Below, piece by piece: positions 16,122 to 20,413 of a stretch of 20,413 nt of DNA. Each line of letters starts with the position of its first letter. Within the stretch, counting starts at the first letter, position 1. Source of the stretch: Candidatus Asbonarchaeum danakilense. GTDB lineage: Archaea > Nanohalarchaeota > Nanosalinia > Nanosalinales > Nanoanaerosalinaceae. The notes under the pieces are model-generated. The model saw only the letters and a list, made by a program, of their open reading frames with translations. It was not told the origin of the DNA and searched no databases. A program made the translations under genes and the position numbers. Where the stretch lies: the NCBI GenBank assembly GCA_034190465.1, contig JAXINV010000001.1, positions 19,836 through 40,248 of the forward strand. Reading direction: 5' to 3'.

Positions 16122-16544
16122 ATGGGGCTTTATAATGGACGCAAAGTGAAGCAGCGAAGGCAGCGGTTCAGATGGAACGATATCGAATACAAGCGGAAGC
16201 AGCTGAATCTGAAGGAGCAGGCTGACCCGCTCGAGGGCAGTCCGCAGGCTCGGGGGATCGTCCTTGAGAAGCGTGTCATCGAGGCGAAGCAGCCGAACTC
16301 CGCTCTCAGGAAGTGCGTCCGTGTGCAGCTGATCAAGAACGGGAAGCAGCTGACAGCGTTCGTGCCTGGTGACGAGGCCATTGAGCACATCGACGAGCAC
16401 GACGAGATCTTGGTCGAGGGCATCGGTGGCGCTGACAACGGCCCGAAGGGTGACATCCCGACGGTCCGGTATCAGGTCGTGAAGGTAAACGGTGTATCAC
16501 TTGAAGAGCTTGTTGCAGGCAACAAGCAGAAGCCGACGAGGTAA
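16122..16544 (+). CDS. rps12: 30S ribosomal protein S12 (uS12)
   Basis: [31 protein letters not shown] and [12 protein letters not shown]. Confidence 0.98.
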   Translation: MGLYNGRKVKQRRQRFRWNDIEYKRKQLNLKEQADPLEGSPQARGIVLEKRVIEAKQPNSALRKCVRVQLIKNGKQLTAFVPGDEAIEHIDEHDEILVEGIGGADNGPKGDIPTVRYQVVKVNGVSLEELVAGNKQKPTR

Positions 16545-16550
16545 TAACAG

Positions 16551-17150
16551 ATGGAAGACGTCAAGCTGTTCGACAAGTGGGACTGCCAGGAGGCTGAGAT
16601 CGAGGACGATGGTCTCCGCAGGGTCATCAACCTGGAGAACATCATGGCGCCACGCTCCCGTGGACGTCACTCCGATCAGCAGTTCTACAAGGCGGATGTC
16701 CAGATCGTCGAACGGCTGCTGAACCGGCTGTACGTCGCCGGTCACAAGGGGAAGAAGCATAAGATCTCATCCGGTCACAATGTCGGCAAGTCGGAGAAGC
16801 TATGGGAACTTATCGAGGACGCGTTCGATATGATTGAAGAGGAGACGGGAGAGAACCCGGTCCAGGTCCTCGTGACAGCGATCGAAAACTCCGCTGCCAA
16901 GGAGGAGGTCATCTCCTACCAGCGTGGTGGTGTCATCGCACGGCAGGCCGTGATCGTTTCTCCGATGCGGCGTGTGGATCTTGCACTCCGCCACCTCGTC
17001 CAGGGAGCCTACGGCAACCGCCTTGCGAACGAGAAGGACGCACAGGAGGCGCTGGCGGAGGAGATCATGGCTGCATACGATAACGATTCCAGCACGATGG
17101 CTGTACGTGACCGGCAGCGCAGAGAACGGGAGGCCGAGGGCGCCCGGTAG
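16551..17150 (+). CDS. rps7: 30S ribosomal protein S7 (uS7)
   Basis: KLFDKWD, IVERLLN, ENPVQVLVTAIENS, VSPMRRVDLALR and LAEEI. Confidence 0.97.
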   Translation: MEDVKLFDKWDCQEAEIEDDGLRRVINLENIMAPRSRGRHSDQQFYKADVQIVERLLNRLYVAGHKGKKHKISSGHNVGKSEKLWELIEDAFDMIEEETGENPVQVLVTAIENSAAKEEVISYQRGGVIARQAVIVSPMRRVDLALRHLVQGAYGNRLANEKDAQEALAEEIMAAYDNDSSTMAVRDRQRREREAEGAR

Positions 17151-17189
17151 GGTCGTGTCCTCGCTTTTACCGTTGGACGGTGCCTGGCG

Positions 17190-17672
17190 ATGGGGAATGA
17201 GGAAATCGTTCTACTGACGCTGGTACTCACCGCAGGTATCACTGCCACGGTTTTTCTCGTCGATAACGGTATCGAGCGGTCTGAGCCCGTCACCCCGCCG
17301 TCCCTTGTGATGGAGGTCGGGAACCAGACGGTGCAGGGGCTGGAAGCCCAGTACTGCTGGACGAAGCACAACAGGACGGCGTGTATCGACAAGGTCGCGC
17401 CAGAGAAGTTCAGCACCCGTGCTGTGCTCAATGCACAGAACGTCGGGATGGATGCACGGTTCCGGTTCCATCCACGCAATCACACCGCGCCCGACACGAT
17501 GACGCTGCGGGTGTTGATGAACGATGAAGGACGCCTGGTCACGGAACGCCGTATCAACGGTTCGACAAGTCTCCAGCTGCGGCCAGGGCTCTACATCCTG
17601 GTGGTGCAGTCAGAATGGGAGGCGGGCAACGTGACACACGTGTTCCAGATCGAGGTCAAGGGCGAGAACTGA
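17190..17672 (+). CDS. Membrane-anchored/secreted hypothetical protein with paired cysteines
   Basis: N-terminal hydrophobic helix, YCW...ACID, and a beta-rich C-terminus (PGLYILVVQSEWEAGNVTHVFQIEV). Confidence 0.7.
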   Translation: MGNEEIVLLTLVLTAGITATVFLVDNGIERSEPVTPPSLVMEVGNQTVQGLEAQYCWTKHNRTACIDKVAPEKFSTRAVLNAQNVGMDARFRFHPRNHTAPDTMTLRVLMNDEGRLVTERRINGSTSLQLRPGLYILVVQSEWEAGNVTHVFQIEVKGEN

Positions 17673-19184
17673 CTACATGAACGCGTCGATGTCGTCGTCC
17701 TCGATCTCCATCTCCTCGCTGTACTCCTGCGCCGCGTCTTCCAGGCCCTGTCCGGTGTCGAACTCCTCCGATCTACGTTCTCTGACGGAGACGAACGCCG
17801 GGTAGTCGACGGCTTCACCCACCACGATGCACTCGCCGACCCTGAGCCCGGGAATGGAGGAGATGACGTCCGAGGTGATGCCCTCCGAGCTCTGCTTGAT
17901 CCGGTCCAGGTCGTTCGGATTGGTGACCCGGAGGATGACATGGGTGTTGCACTGTGACAGCGCGGTGGTGGACAGCCCGACCGGCCGCTGCGATATCAGG
18001 CCGAGTGAGGCGTGGAACTTGCGACCCTCTCTGGCTATCTGCTTGATGGTACCCCGCGCGATCGCATGGTCGGAGGAGACGTTCTCAGGTGCGAAGTTGT
18101 GCGCCTCCTCGACGAGGAAGAAGTACGGTGGGATGTCGCCGCTCCGCCGGGCTTTGAACAGCTTGTCGGCGAAGTACGCGGCGATGATCTGCTTTTTGCG
18201 GTAGCCGACGATGTCGGACAGGTCGAGCACGATCATCTTACCGGGCTCGACACGGTCCAGCGACGGGTTGTCGTACCGCTTGAACAGGTCCATGTACTGC
18301 ATCCGGTTCAGCCGGTCGATCCAGATCTGCTTGGTCTTCTTCGGCATGTCGGCCTCCTCGACCCGCTGCTGCAGGTCGTCCAGCCCGAACACGCCGCCAC
18401 CCTTCCGCATTTCCTCCTTCATGTCGTCGAGTATCTTCTTGATCTCCCGTTTCTGCGGTGAGGTGACGTCGCTGAAGTACTGGTCCAGCTTGCCGGCGGA
18501 CAGTTCTGACAGCCCGATCTGGATGTCGCTGCCGTCGTAGACCTCGACACGGTCGCCGTACTCCGGGTCGTCCGCGAACCCGGCGTACTCGCCGTGCGGG
18601 TCCAGCGCGACGACCGCCATCTGTCCGTCGTCCGGGTCTCGGTCCAGCAGTTCCTCCAGCATGACGGAGGCGAGGTAGGACTTGCCGGCGCCGGACTGGG
18701 CGAGGATCGCGAGATGTTTCTGGAACAGCTTGGTCATGTTCAGCCGTGCCTCGAGGTCCTGGTGCTGGACGTCGCCGATATGGAGGCCGCCGTCCTGTTC
18801 CAGGCCGAGGAAGTCCGCCAGTCGGTCCCGGTCCGCGACGTAGAGGTCGGTGCCGGGCGAGGGCGGGAAGTACGGCCGCTTGATCATGTCGTTGTCGTGG
18901 TAAACACCCATGATCGTGCCTTCGCCGACGAGGTACTCCCTGTCCTCGGTGGGGAAGTGGTCCTGGAGTTCGATGCCCTGCCTGTTCGACTCGGAGACGG
19001 ACTCCGCCCGGTTGAAGAAGAGGTTGGTCTTCCGGACGGAGGAGACACGGGCGATGGCCCGGCCCTCCTCGGTGTCGAACTCGACGAACTGTTCCTTCTT
19101 GACGGGCTGCTCCAGGACGAAGGTGAACTCGTCCGAGGTCGGTGTGTCCTCAGTGGAGATGATCGTGCCCACTGGCTCTGGCAT
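17673..19184 (-). CDS. HerA/FtsK-family (DUF87) ATPase with N-terminal HAS barrel
   Basis: HLAILAQSGAGKS (Walker A), FLVEEAHNF (Walker B), IAREGRKF, ISQRP and LSQCNT. ATG 19184 lies about 25 nt after a minus-strand TTTTTTAT box. Confidence 0.92.
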   Translation of the reverse strand: MPEPVGTIISTEDTPTSDEFTFVLEQPVKKEQFVEFDTEEGRAIARVSSVRKTNLFFNRAESVSESNRQGIELQDHFPTEDREYLVGEGTIMGVYHDNDMIKRPYFPPSPGTDLYVADRDRLADFLGLEQDGGLHIGDVQHQDLEARLNMTKLFQKHLAILAQSGAGKSYLASVMLEELLDRDPDDGQMAVVALDPHGEYAGFADDPEYGDRVEVYDGSDIQIGLSELSAGKLDQYFSDVTSPQKREIKKILDDMKEEMRKGGGVFGLDDLQQRVEEADMPKKTKQIWIDRLNRMQYMDLFKRYDNPSLDRVEPGKMIVLDLSDIVGYRKKQIIAAYFADKLFKARRSGDIPPYFFLVEEAHNFAPENVSSDHAIARGTIKQIAREGRKFHASLGLISQRPVGLSTTALSQCNTHVILRVTNPNDLDRIKQSSEGITSDVISSIPGLRVGECIVVGEAVDYPAFVSVRERRSEEFDTGQGLEDAAQEYSEEMEIEDDDIDAFM

Positions 19185-19302
19185 ACCACGAGGTGCGGGC
19201 TGAAGTGATAAAAAAGCTTCCAGCGGTTCCGTCAGTTCCGGTAGCGTTGTTGCGGCGGCTGCAAACTTTAAATCCTGCCACAACGCATCTGTGGGCAGAC
19301 CT

Positions 19303-19890
19303 ATGCGTGACCGTTACCGTCAGACGCTGGTTCTGCTTGCCACCCTCTGCTGCCTCCCGGCCCTTGCAGCGGCAGGACCGTCGTCCATCCTCCCTGGACC
19401 GCCGCAGGAACGCACGCTGGGGGCCACGTACGGCCAGGGCGACACGATCACGATCAACCAGTCGGACATGACGCTGACGATGGGCGTGTCCCGGACACGC
19501 GTCCTGCGAGTGGAGAATAGCGGCATCCGCCCGGACGAGTACGCTGTCTGGACATCGACGAGTGGTGATGCATCGGTCTTCACGGAGTACGAGAACATCG
19601 CCAGCCGGGAGGGTACACGTGCACGGTTTGTCGTCCCGCAGGGGCAGACCAGGGAGGTCAGTCTGACGTTCACGCCGAGCACCTGTTACAAATCGGTCTG
19701 TGATGGATCGCTGACGATCCACGTGCTGAACACGGACTCGGGCCGGCGGTACGACATCCCGATCGAGCTGACGGTGAAACGCGCTGCGACCGGCGTGTCG
19801 GCGCCAGGTGTCATGCTCCCGCAGCTGGCGGCACTGCTCCTGCTGGCCGCGGTCACGGTCTGGGTCGGCCGTCCCGGGCCGAAAGCTTGA
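19303..19890 (+). CDS. Secreted Ig-like protein with signal peptide and C-terminal APG-TM anchor
   Basis: Signal peptide MRDRYRQTLVLLATLCCLPALAAA, a beta-rich body, and the tail VSAPGVMLPQLAALLLLAAVTVWVGR. Confidence 0.75.
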   Translation: MRDRYRQTLVLLATLCCLPALAAAGPSSILPGPPQERTLGATYGQGDTITINQSDMTLTMGVSRTRVLRVENSGIRPDEYAVWTSTSGDASVFTEYENIASREGTRARFVVPQGQTREVSLTFTPSTCYKSVCDGSLTIHVLNTDSGRRYDIPIELTVKRAATGVSAPGVMLPQLAALLLLAAVTVWVGRPGPKA

Positions 19891-19916
19891 AAGGACTGCC
19901 CCCCGCTTCTCCCGGT

Positions 19917-20413
19917 ATGATCACGGTACTCCGCCTCGGCCACAGGAGAGGCCGCGACGACAGGATCTCGTCCCATGTCGGGCTGACAGCCCGGCAGTTC
20001 GGCGCGGACAAGGTCATCTACTCGGGCGAGAAGGATGACAACATGCTGGAGAGCCTGGAGGACGTCCGCGACCGCTGGGGCGGACCGTTCGAGATCACGT
20101 ACCGCGAGGACTACCGCAGGGTCATCAAGGGCTTCGACGGCACGTCGGTCCACCTGACGATGTACGGCCTCCCGTTCCAGGAGAAAATGGATACGGTCCG
20201 GGAAGCGGAGGATCTGCTGGTCGTGGTCGGCTCACAGAAGGTTCCACGCGATGTCTACGGGCTGGTCGACCACAACCTTGCGGTCGGCCACCAGCCCCAC
20301 TCTGAGGTCGCGGCGGTCGGCGTGTTCCTGTACGAGTACAACGGCCGGGCGATCAGCGACGAGTTCGAGGACGCAAAGATCCGCGTGGAACCGACGGCGG
20401 ACCAGAAGAAGAC
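19917..20413 (+). CDS. trm56: tRNA (cytidine(56)-2'-O)-methyltransferase aTrm56 (partial, runs off window)
   Basis: Translated by hand from ATG 19917: MITVLRLGHRRGRDDRISSHVGLTARQFGA...RWGGPF...HLTMYG...VVGSQKVP...VGHQPHSEVAA. It is absent from the ORF track because it has no stop in the window. Confidence 0.95.
   Translation, partial: MITVLRLGHRRGRDDRISSHVGLTARQFGADKVIYSGEKDDNMLESLEDVRDRWGGPFEITYREDYRRVIKGFDGTSVHLTMYGLPFQEKMDTVREAEDLLVVVGSQKVPRDVYGLVDHNLAVGHQPHSEVAAVGVFLYEYNGRAISDEFEDAKIRVEPTADQKK

Noticed and set aside
8314..16400. Long antisense and alternative-frame ORFs over the RNAP operon
   Set aside because: These are shadow ORFs caused by high GC and codon bias, and they overlap unambiguous conserved genes.

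Overview
GC-rich archaeal chromosomal window with a strongly acidic, salt-in type proteome. The core is the RNA polymerase/str cluster: rpo5(H), split rpo2 (B''/B'), split rpo1 (A'/A''), L30e, nusA, S12, S7. An acidic proteome with retained L30e (absent from Halobacteria), compact divergent RNAP subunits and leaderless TATA promoters suggests Nanohaloarchaeota (DPANN); this is inference. Left of the cluster lie a pilin-like surface protein with three CxxC-bearing Ig-like repeats, a degenerate Nudix protein, a Zn-ribbon/wHTH protein, a Ste14-type methyltransferase, endonuclease V, a SLOG-like protein, a two-gene sensor-like module, and an Lrp gene next to a TRASH-like gene. Right of it lie a HerA-like ATPase, two membrane-anchored proteins and a partial aTrm56. 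The most unusual region is 3680-4330, a minus-strand tRNA-Lys(UUU) locus. It has a 205-nt, highly structured bulge-helix-bulge intron and an upstream leader partly antisense to the tRNA. Downstream is an array of GAAA...TTTC palindromes with GNA triloops that interrupts a degenerate copy of the tRNA 3' end.
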